From positions 25,234,001 to 25,298,000 of the forward strand of contig OZ024744.1 in the NCBI GenBank assembly GCA_964016885.1: DNA of 64,000 bases, written 5' to 3'. Origin of the DNA: Eledone cirrhosa (lineage: Eukaryota). The translations under genes were made by a program, and so were the position numbers. A model generated the notes under the pieces. That model worked only from the letters and a program-made list of their open reading frames with translations. It did no database searches and had not been told where the DNA came from. The stretch's first letter is position 1. Every line of letters starts with the position of its first letter. This document shows, piece after piece, positions 1 to 15,000 of this stretch.

Positions 1-3000
1 CCAACTCTACTGTCTCTAGTGTACCAGTTCTATTGTCTCTAGTGTACCAGCTCAACTCTCTCTAGTGTACCAACTCTACTCTCTCTAGTGAACCAGCTCT
101 ACTGTCTCTAGTGTACCAGCTCTACTGTCTCTAGTGTAATCAGCTCTATTGTCTCTAGTGTACCAACTCTACTGTCTCTAGTGTACCAGCTCTATTGTCT
201 CTAGTGTACCAGCTCTTCTGTCACCAGTGTACCAACTCTATTGTCTCTAGTGTACCAGCTCTACAGTCTCTAGTGTACCAGCTCCACTGTTTCTAGTGTA
301 CCAGATCTACTGTGTATAATGTACCAGCTGTATTGTCTCTAATTTACTAGCTCTGCTCCTTTAGTGTACCAGATCTATTGTCTCTAGTGTACCAACTCTA
401 CTGTCTGTAGTGTACCAGCTCCATTATCTCTAATGTACCAGCTCTGCTGCCTCTAGTCTACCAGATCTATTTTCTCTAGTGTACCAGCTCTACTGTCTCT
501 AGTGTACCAACTCTACTGTCTCTAGTGTACCAGCTCTAGTGTCTCTAGTGAACCAGCTCGACTATCTCTAGTGTAGCAACTCTACAGTCACTAGTGTACC
601 AACTCTACTGTCTCTACTGTATCAGCTCTATTGTCCCTAGTGTACCAACTCTACTGTCTCTAGTGTACCAGCTCAAGTGTCACTAGTGTACCAGCTCAGC
701 TATCTCTAGTGTACCAGCTCTACTGTCTCAAGTGTACCAAATATGCTGTCTCTAATGTACCAGCCCTAGTGTCTCTAGTGTACCAGCTCTACTGTCTCTA
801 GTGTACCAGCTCTATTGTGTCTAGTGTACCAGCTCTACTATCTCTAGTGTACCAACTCTATTGTCTCTAGTGTACCAGCTCTTGTGTCTCTAGTCTACCA
901 GCACTACTGTCTTTAGTGTACCAGCTCTTGTGTCTCTAGTGTACCAGCTCTTCTGTTTCTAGTGTACCACTCTACTGTCTCTAGTGTAGCAGCTCCACTG
1001 TCACTAGTGTACCAGCTCCACTGTCTTTAGTGTACCAACTCAACTGCCTCTAGTGTACCAACTCCACTGTCTCTAGTGTACCAGCTCTTCTGTCACCAGT
1101 GTACCAACTATATTGTCTCTAGTGTACCAGCTCTACTATCACTAGTGTACCAGCTCCACAATCTCTAGTGTACCAACTCTACTGTCTGTAGTGTACTAGC
1201 TCTACTGTGTCTAGTGTACCAGATCTATTGTCTCTAGTATACCAGCTCTATTGTCTCTAGTGTACCAGCCACACTGTCTCTGGTGAACCAGCACTACAGT
1301 ATCTAGTGTACAAGGTCCACTGTTCTCTAGTGTACCAGCTCAAATCTTTCTAGTGTACCAGCTCTACTGTCTCTAGTGTACCAGCTCTATTGTCTCTAGT
1401 GTACAAGCTCTATTGTCTCTAGTGTACCAGGTCCACTGTCTCTTGTGTTCCAACTCTATTGTCTCTAGTGTACCAGCGCCATTGTCTCTAGTGTACAAGC
1501 TTTACTGTCTCTAGAGTACCAGCTCCACTGTCACTAGTGTGCCAGCTCTAGTTTTTCTAGTATACAAGCTCTACTGTCTCTAGTGTACCAGCTCTATTGT
1601 CACTAGTGTACCAGCTCCACTTTCTCTAGTGTACCAGCTCTACTGTCTCTCGTGTACCAGCTCTACAACCTCTAGTGTACCAGCCACACTGTCTCTAGTG
1701 TACCAGCTCTACAGTCTCTAGTGTACCAGCTCCAATGTTTCTAGTGTACCACATCTAGTGTGTATAGTGTACCAGCTCTATTGTCTCTAATTTACCAGCT
1801 CTGCTGCCTCTAGTGTACCAGATCTATTGTTTCTAGTGTACAAACTCTACTGTCCGTAGTGTACCAGCTCCATTTTCTCTAATGTACCAGCTCTGCTGCC
1901 TCTAGTCTACCAGATCTAGTGTCTCTAATGTACCAACTCTACTGTCTCTAGTGTACCAGCTCAAGTGTCACTAGTGTACCAGCTCGACTATCTCAAGTGT
2001 AGCAACTCTACTGTCTCTAGTGTTCCAACTCTACTGTCTCTAGTGTACCAGCTCTACTGTCTCTAGTGTACCAGCTCTATCGTGTCTTGTGTACTTACTC
2101 TACTCTCTCTAGTGTACGAGCTCACTGTCTCTAGTGTACCAACTCTACTGTGTCTAGTGTACCAGCACTATTGTCTCTGGTGTACCAGATCCACTTACTC
2201 TAGTGTACCAGCTGTATTGCCTCTAGTGCACCAGCTCCACTGTCACTAGTATACCAGCTCTACTGTCTCTCGTGTACCAGCTCTACTGTCTCTAGTGTAC
2301 CAGCCACACTGTCTCTAGTGTACCAACTCTACTGTCTCTAGTGTACCACCTCCATTGTCTCTAATGTATCAGCACTGCTGCCTCTAGTGTACCAGATCTA
2401 TTGTCTCTAGTGTACCAGCTCTATTGTCTCTAGTGTACCAGCTCTACTGTCTCTAGTGTACCAACTCTACTGTCTCTAGTGTACCAGCTCTACTGTATCT
2501 CGTGTACCCGCTCCATTGTCTCTAGTGTACCAGCCAGACTGTCTCTAGTGTACCAGCTCTACAGACTCTAGTGTACCAGCTCCACTGTTTCTTGTGTACC
2601 AGATCTACTGTGTCTAGTGTACCAGATCTATTGTCTCTAATGTACCAGCTCTGCTGCCTCTAGTGTACCAGATCTATTGTCTCTAGTGTACCAGCACTAC
2701 TGTCTCTAGTGTACCAAATCTACTGTCTCTATTGTACCACCTCCATTGTCTCTAATGTACCAGCACTGATGCCTCTAGTGTACCAGATCTATTGTCTCTA
2801 GTGTACCAGCTCTACTGTCTCTAGTGTACCAGCTCTATTGTCTCTAGTGTACCGGCTCTATTGTCTCTAGTGTACCAGCTCTTCTGTCACCAGTGTACCA
2901 ACTCTATTGTCTCTAGTGTACCAGCTCTATTGTCTCTAGTGTACCAGCTGTACTGTGTCTAGTGTACCAGCTCTACTATCACTAGCGTACCAGCTCCACT

Positions 3001-6000
3001 ATCTCTAGTGTACCATCTCTGCTGTGTCTAGTGTACCAGCTCTATTGTGTCTAGTGTACCAGCTCCACTGTCTGTAGTGTACCAGCCCTATTGTCTCTAG
3101 TGTACCAGCCACACTGTTTCTGGTGTACCAGCACTAAAGTCTCTATTGTACAAAGTCCACTGTTCTCTAGTGTACCAGCTCAAATCTTTCCAGTGTACCA
3201 GCTCTACTGTCTCTAGTGTACCAGCTCTATTGTCTCTAGTGTACAAGCTCTACTGTCTCTAGTGTACAACCTCCACTGTCTCTAGTGTACCAGCTCTATT
3301 GTCTCTAATGTACCAGCTCCACTCTCACTAGTGTACCAGCTCTACTTTTTCTAGTGTACAAGCTCTACTGTCTCTAGTGTACCAGCTCTATTGTCACTAG
3401 TGTACTAGCTCCACCTTCTCTAGTGTACCAGCTCGACTATCTCTAGTATAGCAAATCTACTGTCTCTATTGTACCATATCTACTGTCTCTAGTTTACCAG
3501 CTCTACTGTATCTCGTGTACCCGCTCCATTGTCTCTAGTGTACCAGCCAGACTGTTTCTAATGTACCAGCTCTACAGACTCTAGTGTACCAGCTCCACTG
3601 TTTCTAGTGTACCAGATCTACTGTGTCTAGTGTACCAGCTCTATTGTCTCTAATGTACCAGCTCTGCTGCCTCTAGTGTACCAGCTCTATTGTCTCTAGT
3701 GTACCGGCTCTATTGTCTCTAGTGTACCAGCTCTTCTGTCACCAGTGTACCAACTCTATTGTCTCTAGTGTACCAGCTCTATTGTCTCTAGTGTACCAGC
3801 TGTACTGTGTCTAGTGTACCAGCTCTACCATCACTAGCGTACCAGCTCCACTATCTCTAGTGTACCATCTCTACTGTGTCTAGTGTACCAGCTCTATTGT
3901 GTCTAGTGTACCAGCTCCACTGTCTGTAGTGTACCAGCTCTATTGTCTCTAGTGTACCAGCCACACTGTTTCTGGTGTACCAGCACTACAGTCTCTATTG
4001 TACAAAGTCCACTGTTCTCTAGTGTACCAGCTCAAATCTTTCCAGTGTACCAGCTCTACTGTCTCTAGTGTACCAGCTCTATTGTCTCTAGTGTACAAGC
4101 TCTACTGTCTCTAGTGTACAACCTCCACTGTCTCTAGTGTACCAGCTCTATTGTCTCTAGTGTACCAGCTCCATTGTCTCTAGTGTACAAGTTTACTGTC
4201 TGTAGAGTACCAGCTCCACTCTCACTAGTGTACCAGCTCTACTTTTTCTAGTGTACAAGCTCTACTGTCTCTAGTGTACCAGCTCTATTGTCACTAGTGT
4301 ACCAGCTCCACCTTCTCTAGTGTACCAGCTCTAATGTCTCTAGTGTACCAGCCACACTGTCTCTACTGTACCAGCTCTACAGTCTCTACTGTACGAGCTC
4401 CACTGTGTCTAGAGTACCAGATCTACTGTGTATAGTGTACCAACTCTACTGTCTGTAGTGTACCAGCTCCATTTTCTCTAATGTACCAGCTCTAATGTCT
4501 CTAGTGTACCAGCCACACTGTCTCTACTGTAGCAGCTCTACAGTCTCTACTGTACCAGCTCCACTGTGTCTAGAGTACCAGATCTACTGTGTATAGTGTA
4601 CCAGCTCTATTGTCTCTAATTTACCAGCTCTGCTGCCTCTAGTGTACCAGATCTATTGTCTCTAGTGTACCAACTCTACTGTCTGTAGTGTACCAGCTCC
4701 ATTCTCTCTAATGTACCAGCTCTGCTGCCTCTAGTCTACCAGATCTATTGTCTCTAGTGTACCAGCTCTACTGTCTCTAGTGTACCAGCTCTATTGTCTC
4801 AATGTACCAGCTCTACAGTCACTAGTCTACCAACTCTACTGTCTCTACTGTACCAGCTCTATTGTCTCTAGTATACCAACTCTACTGTCTCTAGTGTACC
4901 AGCTCTAGTGTCACTAGTGTACCAGCTCGACTATCTCTAGTGTAGCAAATCTACTGTCTCTCTTGTACCATCTCTACTGTCTCTAGTGTACCAGCTCTAC
5001 TGTCCCTCGTGTACCAACTCCATGTATCTAGTGTACCAACTCTACTGTCTCTACTGTACCAGCTCTATTGTCTCTAGTGTACCAACTCTACTGTCTCTAG
5101 TGTACCAGCTCTAGTGTCACTAGTGTACCAGCTCGACTATCTCTAGTATAGCAAATCTACTGTCTCTATTGTACCATCTCTACTGTCTCTAGTGTACCAG
5201 CTCTACTGTATCTCGTGTACCCGCTCCATTGTCTCTAGTGTACCAGCCAGACTGTCTCTAGTGTACCAGCTCTACAGACTCTAGTGTCCCAGCTCCACTG
5301 TTTCTAGTGTACCAGATCTACTGTGTCTAGTGTACCAGCTCTATTGTCTCTAATGTACCAGCTCTGCTGCCTCTAGTGTACAAGATCTATTGTCTCTAGT
5401 GTACCGGCTCTATTGTCTCTAGTGTACCAACTCTACTGTCACCAGTGTACCAACTGTATTGTCTCTAGTGTACCAGCTCTATTGTCTCTAGTGTACCAGC
5501 TGTACTGTGTCTAGTGTACCAGCTCTACTATCACTAGCGTACCAGCTCCACTATCTCTAGTGTACCATCTCTACTGTGTCTAGTGTACCAGCTCTATTGT
5601 CTGTAGTGTACCAGCTCTATTGTCTCTAGTGTACCAGCCACACTGTTTCTGGTGTACCAGCACTACAGTCTCTAGAGTACAAGGTCCACTGTTCTCTAGT
5701 GTACCAGCTCAAATCTTTCCAGTGTACCAGCTCTACTGTCTCTAGTGTACCAGCTCTATTGTCTCTAGTGTACAAGCTCTACTGTCTCTAGTGTACAACC
5801 TCCACTGTCTCTAGTGTAGCAGCTCTATTGTCTCTAGTGTACCAGCTCCATTGTCTCTAGTGTACAAGTTTACTGTCTCTAGTGTACCAGCTCCACTCTC
5901 ACTAGTGTACCAGCTCTACTTTTTCTAGTGTACAAGCTCTACTGTCTCTAGTGTACCAGCTTTATTGTCACTAGTGTACCAGCTCCACTTTCTCTAGTGT

Positions 6001-9000
6001 ACCAGCTCTAATGTCTCTAGTGTACCAGCCACACTGTCTCTACTGTACCAGCTCTACAGTCTCTACTGTACGAGCTCCACTGTGTCTAGAGTACCAGATC
6101 TACTGTGTATAGTGTACCAACTCTACTGTCTGTAGTGTACCAGCTCCATTTTCCCTAATGAACCAGCTCTGCTGCCTCTAGACTACCAGATCTATTGTCT
6201 CTAGTGTACCAGCTCTACTGTCTCTAGTGTACCAGCTCTATTGTCTCAATGTACCAGCTCAACAGTCACTAGTCTACCAACTCTACTGTCTCTTCTGTAC
6301 CAGCTCTATTGTCTCTAGTATACCAACTCTACTGTCTCTAGTGTACCAGCTCTAGTTTCACTAGTGTACCAGCTCGACTATCTCTAGTATAGCAAATCTA
6401 CTGTCTCTATTGTACCATCTCTACTGTCTCTAGTGTACCAACTCCATTGTATCTAGTGTACCAACTCTACTGTCTCTACTGTACCAGCTCTATTGTCTCT
6501 AGTGTACCAACTCTACTGTCTCTAGTGTACCAGCTCTAGTTTCACTAGTGTACCAGCTCGACTATCTCTAGTATAGCAAATCTACTGTCTCTATTGTACC
6601 ATCTCTACTGTCTCTAGTGTACCAGCTCTACTGTCTCTCGTGTACCAACTCCATTGTATCTAGTGTACCAACTCTACTGTCTCTAGTGTACCAACTCTAC
6701 TGTCTCTAGTGTACCAGCCCTAGTGTCTCTAGTGTACCAGCTCTACTGTCTCTAGTATACCAGCTCTATCGTGTCTAGTGTACCAGCTCTACTCTCTCTA
6801 GTGTACGAGCTCACTGTCTCTAGTGTACCAACTCTACTGTCTCTAGTGTACCAGCACTATTGTCTCTGGTGTACCAGATCCACTTACTCTAGTGTACCAG
6901 CTGTATTGCCTCTAGTGCACCAGCTCCACTGTCACTAGTGTACCAGCTCTACTGTCTCTCGTGTACCAGCTCTACTGTCTCTAGTGTACCAGTCACACTG
7001 TCTCTAGTGTACCAGCTCTACAGTCTCTAGTCTACCAGCTCCACAGTTTCTAGTGTACCAGATCTACTGTGTCTAGTGTAATCAGCTCTATTGTCTCTAG
7101 TGTACCAGCTCTATTGTCTCTAATATACCAGCTCTGCTGCCTCTAGTGTACCAGAACTGTTGTCTCTAATGTGCCAGCACTACAGTCTCTTGTGTACCAA
7201 CTCTACTGTCTCTAGTGTACCATCTCCATTGTCTCTAATGTACCAGCTCTGCTGCCTCTAGTGTACCAGATCTATTGTCTCTAGTGTACCAGCTCTATTG
7301 GTTCTAGTGTACCAGCTCTACTGTCTCTAGTGTACCAACTCTACTGTCTGTAGTGTACCAGCTCTATTGTCTCTAGTGTACCAACTCTACTGTCTCTAGT
7401 GTACCAGCTCGACTATCTCTAGTGTAGCAACTCTACTGTCTCTAGTGAACCAGCTCTACTGTCTCTAGTGTACCAGCTCAACTCTGTCTACTGTACCAGC
7501 TCTACTGTCTCTCGTGTACCAGCTCCATTGTATCTAGTGTACCAACTCTACTGCCCCTAGTGTACCAGCTCTATTGTCTCTAGTGTACCAGCTCCACTGT
7601 CTCTAGTATACCAGCTCAAATGTCTCTAGTGTACTAGCTCCACTGTCTCTAGTGTACCAGCTCTATTGTATCTAGTGTACCAGCTCCACTGTCTCTAGAG
7701 TACCAGCTCTATTGTCTCTAGTGTACCAGTTCAACCGCCTCTAGTGTACCAACTCTATTGTCTCTAGTGTACCAGCTCCACTGTCTCTAGTGTACTAGGT
7801 CTACTGTGTCTAGTGTACCAGCTCTACTGTCTGTAGTGTACCAGCTCTACTGTCTCTAGTGTACAAGCTCTACTGTCTCTAGTGTACCAGATCTACTGTG
7901 TCTAGTGTAATCAGCTCTATTGTCTCTAGTGTACCAGCTCTATTGTCTCTAATATACCAGCTCTGCTGCCTCTAGTGTACCAGAACTGTTGTCTCTAATG
8001 TGCCAGCACTACAGTCTCTTGTGTACCAACTCTACTGTCTCTAGTGTACCATCTCCATTGTCTCTAATGTACCAGCTCTGCTGCCTCTAGTGTACCAGAT
8101 CTATTGTCTCTAGTGTACCAGCTCCACTGTCTGTAGTGTACCAGCTCTATTGTCTCTAGTGTACCAGCCACACTGTCTCTGGTGTACCAGCACTACAGTC
8201 TCTAGTGTACAAGGTCCACTGTTCTCTAGAGTACCAGCTCAAATCTTTATAGTGTACCAGCTCTACTGTCTCTAGTGTACCAGCTCTATATTCACTAGTG
8301 TACAAGCTCTACTGTCTCTAGTGTACAAGCTCCACTGTCTCTAGTGTACCAGCTCTATTGTCTCTAGTGTACCAGTTCCATTGTCTCTAGTGTACAAGTT
8401 TACTGTCTCTAGTGTACCAGGTCCACTGCCTCTAGTGTACCAGATCTATTGTCTCTAGTCTACCAACTCTACTGTCTGTAGTGTACCAGCTCCATTTTCT
8501 CTAATGTACCAACTCTGCTGCCTTTAGTCTACCAGCTCTATTGTCTCTAGTGTACCAACTCTACTGTCTCTAGTGTACCAGCTCAAGTGTCACTAGTGTA
8601 CCAGCTCGACTATCTCTAGTGTAGCAACTCTACTGTATCTCGTGTACCAGCTCTACTGTCTCTAGTGTACCAGCCACACTGTCTCTAGGGTCCCAGCTCT
8701 ACAGTCTCTAGTCTACCAGCTCCACAATTTCTAGTGTACCAGATCTACTGTGTCTAGTGTACCAGCTCTATTGTCTCTAATGTACCAGCTCTGCTGCCTC
8801 TAGTGTACCAGATCTATTGTCTCTAGTGTGCCAGCACTAATGTCTCTAGTGTACCAACTCTACTGTCTCTCGTGTACCAACTCCATTGTATCTAGTGTAC
8901 CAACTCTACTGTCTCTAGTATACCAGCTCTATTGTCTCTAGTGTACCAGCTCAACTCTCTCTAGTGTACCAGCTCTACTGTCTCTAGTGCAATCAGCTCT

Positions 9001-12000
9001 ATTGTCTCTAGTGTACCAGCTCTATTGTCTCTAGTGCACCAGCTCTACTGTCTCTAGTGTACCAGCTCTACTGTCTCTCGTGTACCAACTCCATTGTATC
9101 TAGTGTACCAACTCTACTGTCTCTAGTATACCAGCTCTATTGTCTCTAGTGTACCAGCTCAACTCTCTCTAGTGTACCAGCTCTACTGTCTCTAGTGTAC
9201 GAGCTCTACTGTGACTAGTGTACCAGCTCTATTGTCTCTAGCGTACCAGCTTTATTGTCACTAGTGTACCAGCTCCACTTTCTCTAGTGTACCAGGTCTA
9301 CTGTCTCTAGTGTACCAGCTCCACTGTGTCTAGTGTACCAGATCTACTGTGTATAGTATACTAGCTCTGCTGCCTCTAGTGTACCAGATCTATTGTCTCT
9401 AGTGTACCAGCTCTACTGTCTCTAGTGTACCAGCTCTATTGTCTCAATGTACCAGCTCTACAGTCACTAGTCTACCAACTCTACTGTCTCTACTGTACCA
9501 GCTCTATTGTCTCTAGTATACCAACTCTACTGTCTCTAGTGTACCAGCTCTACTGTCTCTAGTGTACCAGCTCAACTGTCTCTAGTGTACCAGATCTATT
9601 GTCTCTAGTATACCAACTCTACTGTCTCTAGTGTACCAGTTCTACTGTCTCTAGTGTACCAGCTCAACTGTCTCTAGTGTACCAGCTCAACTGTCTCTAG
9701 TGTACCAGCTCTACTGTCTCTAGTGTACCAGCTCTATTGTGTCTAGTGTACCAGCTCTACTCTCTCTAGTGTACCAGATCTATTGTCTCTAGTATACCAA
9801 CTCTACTGTCTCTAGTGTACCAGTTCTACTGTCTCTAGTGTACCAGCTCAACTGTCTCTAGTGTACCAGCTCAACTGTCTCTAGTGTACCAGCTCTACTG
9901 TCTCTAGTGTACCAGCTCTACTGTCTCTAGTGTACCAGCTCTACTGTCTCTAGTGTACCAGCTCAACTGTCTCTAGTGTACCAGCTCTATTGTCTCTAGT
10001 GTACCAACTCTACTATCTCTAGTGTACCAACTCTACTGTCTCTAGTGTACTAGCCCTAGTGTCTCTAGTGTACCAGCTCTACTGTCTCTAGTGTACCAGC
10101 TCTACTCTCTCTAGTGTACCAGCTCACTGTCTCTAGTGTACCAGATCTACTGTCTCTAGTGTACCAGCTCTATTGTCTCTAGTGTACCAGCTGTATTGCC
10201 TCTAGTGCACCAGCTCGACTGTCTCTAGTGTACCAGCTCTACTGTCTCTCGTGTACCAGCTCTACTGTCTCTAGTGTACCAGCCACACTGTCTCTAGTGT
10301 ACCAGCTCTACAGTCTCTAGTCTACCAGCTCCACAATTTCTAGTGTACCAGATCTACTGTGTCTAGTGAACCAGCTCTATTGTCTCTAATGTACCAGCTC
10401 TGCTGCCTCTAGTGTACCAGCTCTACTGTCTCTAGTGTACCAACTCTACTGTCTGTAGTGTACCAGCTCTATTGTCTCTAGTGTACCAACTCTACTGTCT
10501 CTAGTGTACCAGCTCTACTGTCTCTAGTGTACCAGCTCTACTGTCTCTCGTGTACCAGCTCCATTGTATCTAGTGTACCAACTCTACTTTCTCTCTCTGG
10601 TGTACCAGCTCTACTCTCTCTAGTGTACCAGCTCTACTGTCTCTAGTGTACCAACTCTACTGTCTCTAGTGTACCAGCACTATTGTCTCTAGTGTACGAG
10701 CTATATTGCGTCTAGTGCACCAGCTCCACTGTCACTAGTGTACCAGCTCTATTGTCTCTAGTGTACCAGCTGTATTGCCTCTAGTGCACCAGCTCGACTG
10801 TCTCTAGTGTACCAGCTCTACTGTCTCTCGTGTACCAGCTCTACTGTCTCTAGTGTACCAGCCACACTGTCTCTAGTGTACCAGCTCTACAGTCTCTAGT
10901 CTACCAGCTCCACAATTTCTAGTGTACCAGATCTACTGTGTCTAGTGAACCAGCTCTATTGTCTCTAATGTACCAGCTCTGCTGCCTCTAGTGTACCAGC
11001 TCTACTGTCTCTAGTGTACCAACTCTACTGTCTGTAGTGTACCAGCTCTATTGTCTCTAGTGTACCAACTCTACTGTCTCTAGTGTACCAGCTCTACTGT
11101 CTCTAGTGTACCAGCTCTACTGTCTCTCGTGTACCAGCTCCATTGTATCTAGTGTACCAACTCTACTTTCTCTCTCTGGTGTACCAGCTCTACTCTCTCT
11201 AGTATACCAGCTCTACTGTCTCTAGTGTACCAACTCTACTGTCTCTAGTGTACCAGCACTATTGTCTCTAGTGTACGAGCTATATTGCGTCTAGTGCACC
11301 AGCTCCACTGTCACTAGTGTAGCAGCTCTACTGTCTCCCGTGTACCAGCTCTACTGTCTCCCGTGTACCAGCCAGATTGTCTCTAGTGTACCAGCTCTAC
11401 AGTCTCTAGTGTACCAGCTCCACTGTTTCTGGTGTACCAGATCTACTGTGTCTAGTGTACCAGCTCTAGTGTCACTAGTGTACCAGCTCGACTATCTCTA
11501 GTGTACAAGCTCTACTGTCTCTAGTGTACCAGCTCTACTGTGACTAGTGTACCAGCTCTATTGTCTCTAGTGTACCAGCTCTATTGTCTATAGTGTACCA
11601 GCTCTATTGTCTCTAGTGTACCAGCCACACTGTCTCTAGTGTACCAACTCTACTGTGTCTAGTGTACCAACTCTATTGTCTCTAGCGTACCAGCACTACT
11701 GTGTCTAGTGTACCAGCTCTATTGTCTCTAGTGTACCAGCTCTACTGTCTCTAGTTTACTACTACCAGCTCGACTGTCTCTAGTGTACCAACTCTGCTGA
11801 CTCTAGTGTACCAGCTCCACTGTCTCTAGTGTACCAACTCTACTGTCTCTAATGTACAAGCTCTACTGTCACTAGTGTACCAGCTCCACTCTCACTAGTG
11901 TACCAGCTCTATTGTTTCTAGTGTACCAGCTCTACTGTCTCTAGTGTACCAGCTCTACTGTCTCTAGTGTACCAGCTCTGCTGTCTATTGTGTACCATTT

Positions 12001-15000
12001 CCACTGTCTCTACTGTAATAGCTCTACTGTCTCCAGTGTACCATCTCTACTGTCGTTAGTGTACCAGCTCTATCGTCTCTAGTGTACCTGCTCTACTGTG
12101 TCTAGTGTATCAGCTCCACTCTCTCTAGTGTACCAACTCTATTGTCTCTAGTGTACCAGCTCTATTGTCTCTATTGTACCAGCTCTATTGTCTTTAGTTT
12201 ACCAGCTCCACTGTCTCTAGTGTACCAGCTCTATTGTCTCTAGTGTACCAGCTCTATTGTCTCTAGTGTACCAACACTACTGTCTGTAGGTTACCAGCTC
12301 TATTGTCTCTAGTGTACCAGCTCTACTCTCTCTAGTGTACCAGCTCTACTGTCTCAAGTGTACCAGCTCTATTGTCTCTAGTGTACCAGCCACTGGTTCT
12401 AGTGTTCCAGCTCTACTGTCTCTTGTGTACCAGCTCTACTGTCTCTAGTGTACCAGCTCTATTGTCTCTAGTGTACCAGCTCACTGGTTCTAGTGTTCCA
12501 GCTCTACTGTCTCTTGTGTACCAGCTCCACTGTCTCTAGTGTACCCGCTCCACTGTCTATAGTGTACCAGCTCCACTGTCTCTAGTGTAACAGCTCTATT
12601 GTCTTTAGTGTACCAGCTCCACTGTGTCTAGTGTACCAGCACTACTGTCTCTAGTGTACCAGCTCTATTGTCTCTAGTGTACCAGCTCTACTGTCTCTAA
12701 TGTACCAGCAGTACTGTCTCTAATATACCAGCTCTATTGTCTCTAGTGTACCAGCTCTACTGTGTCTATTGTACCAGCTCGACTGTCTCTTGTGTATCCG
12801 CTCTATTGCCTCTAGTGTACCAACGTTACTGTCTCTAGTGTACTAGATTCACTTTATCTCGTGTACCAGCGGTATTGTCTCTAGTATATCAGCTATACTC
12901 TCTCTAGTGTACCAGCTCTACTGTCTCTAGTGTACCAGCCACTTGTTCTAGTGTTACAGCTCTACTGTCTCTTGTGTACCAGCTCCACTGTCTCTAGTGT
13001 ACCAGCTCCACTGTCTCTAGTGTACCAGCTCCACTGTCTCTAGTGTAACAGCTCTATTGTCTTTAGTGTACCAGCTCCACTGTCTCTAGTGTACCAGCTC
13101 TATTGTCTCTAGTATTCCAGCTCTACTATCTCTAGTGCACCAGCTCCACTGTCACTAGTGTACCAACTCTATTGTCTCTAGTGTACCAGTTCTACTGTCT
13201 CCAGTATACCAGCTCTATTGTCTCTAGTGTACCAGCTCCAATCTCTCTAGTGTACCAGTTCAACTGTCACTAATGTACCAGCTCTATTGTCTCTAGTGTA
13301 CCAGCTCTATTTTCTCTAGTGTACCAGTTCAACTGTCTCTTGTGTACCAGTTCTTCTGTCTCTAGTGTACCAGCTCTATTGTCTCTAGTATACCAACTCT
13401 ACTGTCTCTAGTGTACCAGCTCTACTGTCTCTAGTGTACCAGCTCAACTGTCTCTAGTGTACCAGCTCTACTGTCTCTAGTGTACCAGCTCTATTGTGTC
13501 TAGTGTACCAGCTCTACTCTCTCTAGTGTACCAGCTCTATTGTCTCTAGTGTACCAACTCTACTGTCTCTAGTGTACCAACTCTACTGTCTCTAGTGTAC
13601 TAGCCCTAGTGTCTCTAGTGTACCAGCTCTACTGTCTCTAGTGTACCAGCTCTACTCTCTCTAGTGTACCAGCTCACTGTCTCTAGTGTACCAGATCTAC
13701 TGTCTCTAGTGTACCAGCACTATTGTCTCTAGTGTACCAGCTCCACTGTCTCTAGTGTACCAGCTCTATTGTCTCTAGTGTACCAGCTGTATTGCCTCTA
13801 GTGCACCAGCTCGACTGTCTCTAGTGTACCAGCTCTACTGTCTCTCGTGTACCAGCTCTACTGTCTCTAGTGTACCAGCCACACTGTCTCTAGTGTACCA
13901 GCTCTACAGTCTCTACTCTACCAGCTCCACAATTTCTAGTGTACCAGATCTACTGTGTCTAGTGAACCAGCTCTATTGTCTCTAATGTACCAGCTCTGCT
14001 GCCTCTAGTGTACCAGCTCTACTGTCTCTAGTGTACCAACTCTACTGTCTGTAGTGTACCAGCTCTATTGTCTCTAGTGTACCAACTCTACTGTCTCTAG
14101 TGTACCAGCTCTACTGTCTCTAGTGTACCAGCTCTACTGTCTCTCGTGTACCAGCTCCATTGTATCTAGTGTACCAACTCTACTTTCTCTCTCTGGTGTA
14201 CCAGCTCTACTCTCTCTAGTGTACCAGCTCTACTGTCTCTAGTGTACCAACTCTACTGTCTCTAGTGTACCAGCACTATTGTCTCTAGTGTACGAGCTAT
14301 ATTGCGTCTAGTGCACCAGCTCCACTGTCACTAGTGTACCAGCTCTACTGTCTCCCGTGTACCAGCTCTACTGTCTCCCGTGTACCAGCCAGATTGTCTC
14401 TAGTGTACCAGCTCTACAGTCTCTAGTGTACCAGCTCCACTGTTTCTGGTGTACCAGATCTACTGTGTCTAGTGTACCAGCTCTAGTGTCACTAGTGTAC
14501 CAGCTCGACTATCTCTAGTGTACAAGCTCTACTGTCTCTAGTGTACCAGCTCTACTGTGACTAGTGTACCAGCTCTATTGTCTCTAGTGTACCAGCTCTA
14601 TTGTCTATAGTGTACCAGCTCTATTGTCTCTAGTGTACCAGCCACACTGTCTCTAGTGTACCAACTCTACTGTCTCTAGTGTACCAACTCTATTGTCTCT
14701 AGCGTACCAGCACTACTGTGTCTAGTGTACCAGCTCTATTGTCTCTAGTGTACCAGCTCTACTGTCTCTAGTTTACTACTACCAGCTCGACTGTCTCTAG
14801 TGTACCAACTCTGCTGACTCTAGTGTACCAGCTCCACTGTCTCTAGTGTACCAACTCTACTGTCTCTAATGTACAAGCTCTACTGTCACTAGTGTACCAG
14901 CTCCACTCTAACTAGTGTACCAGCTCTATTGTTTCTAGTGTACCAGCTCTACTGTCTCTAGTGTACCAGCTCTACTGTCTCTAGTGTACCAGCTCTGCTG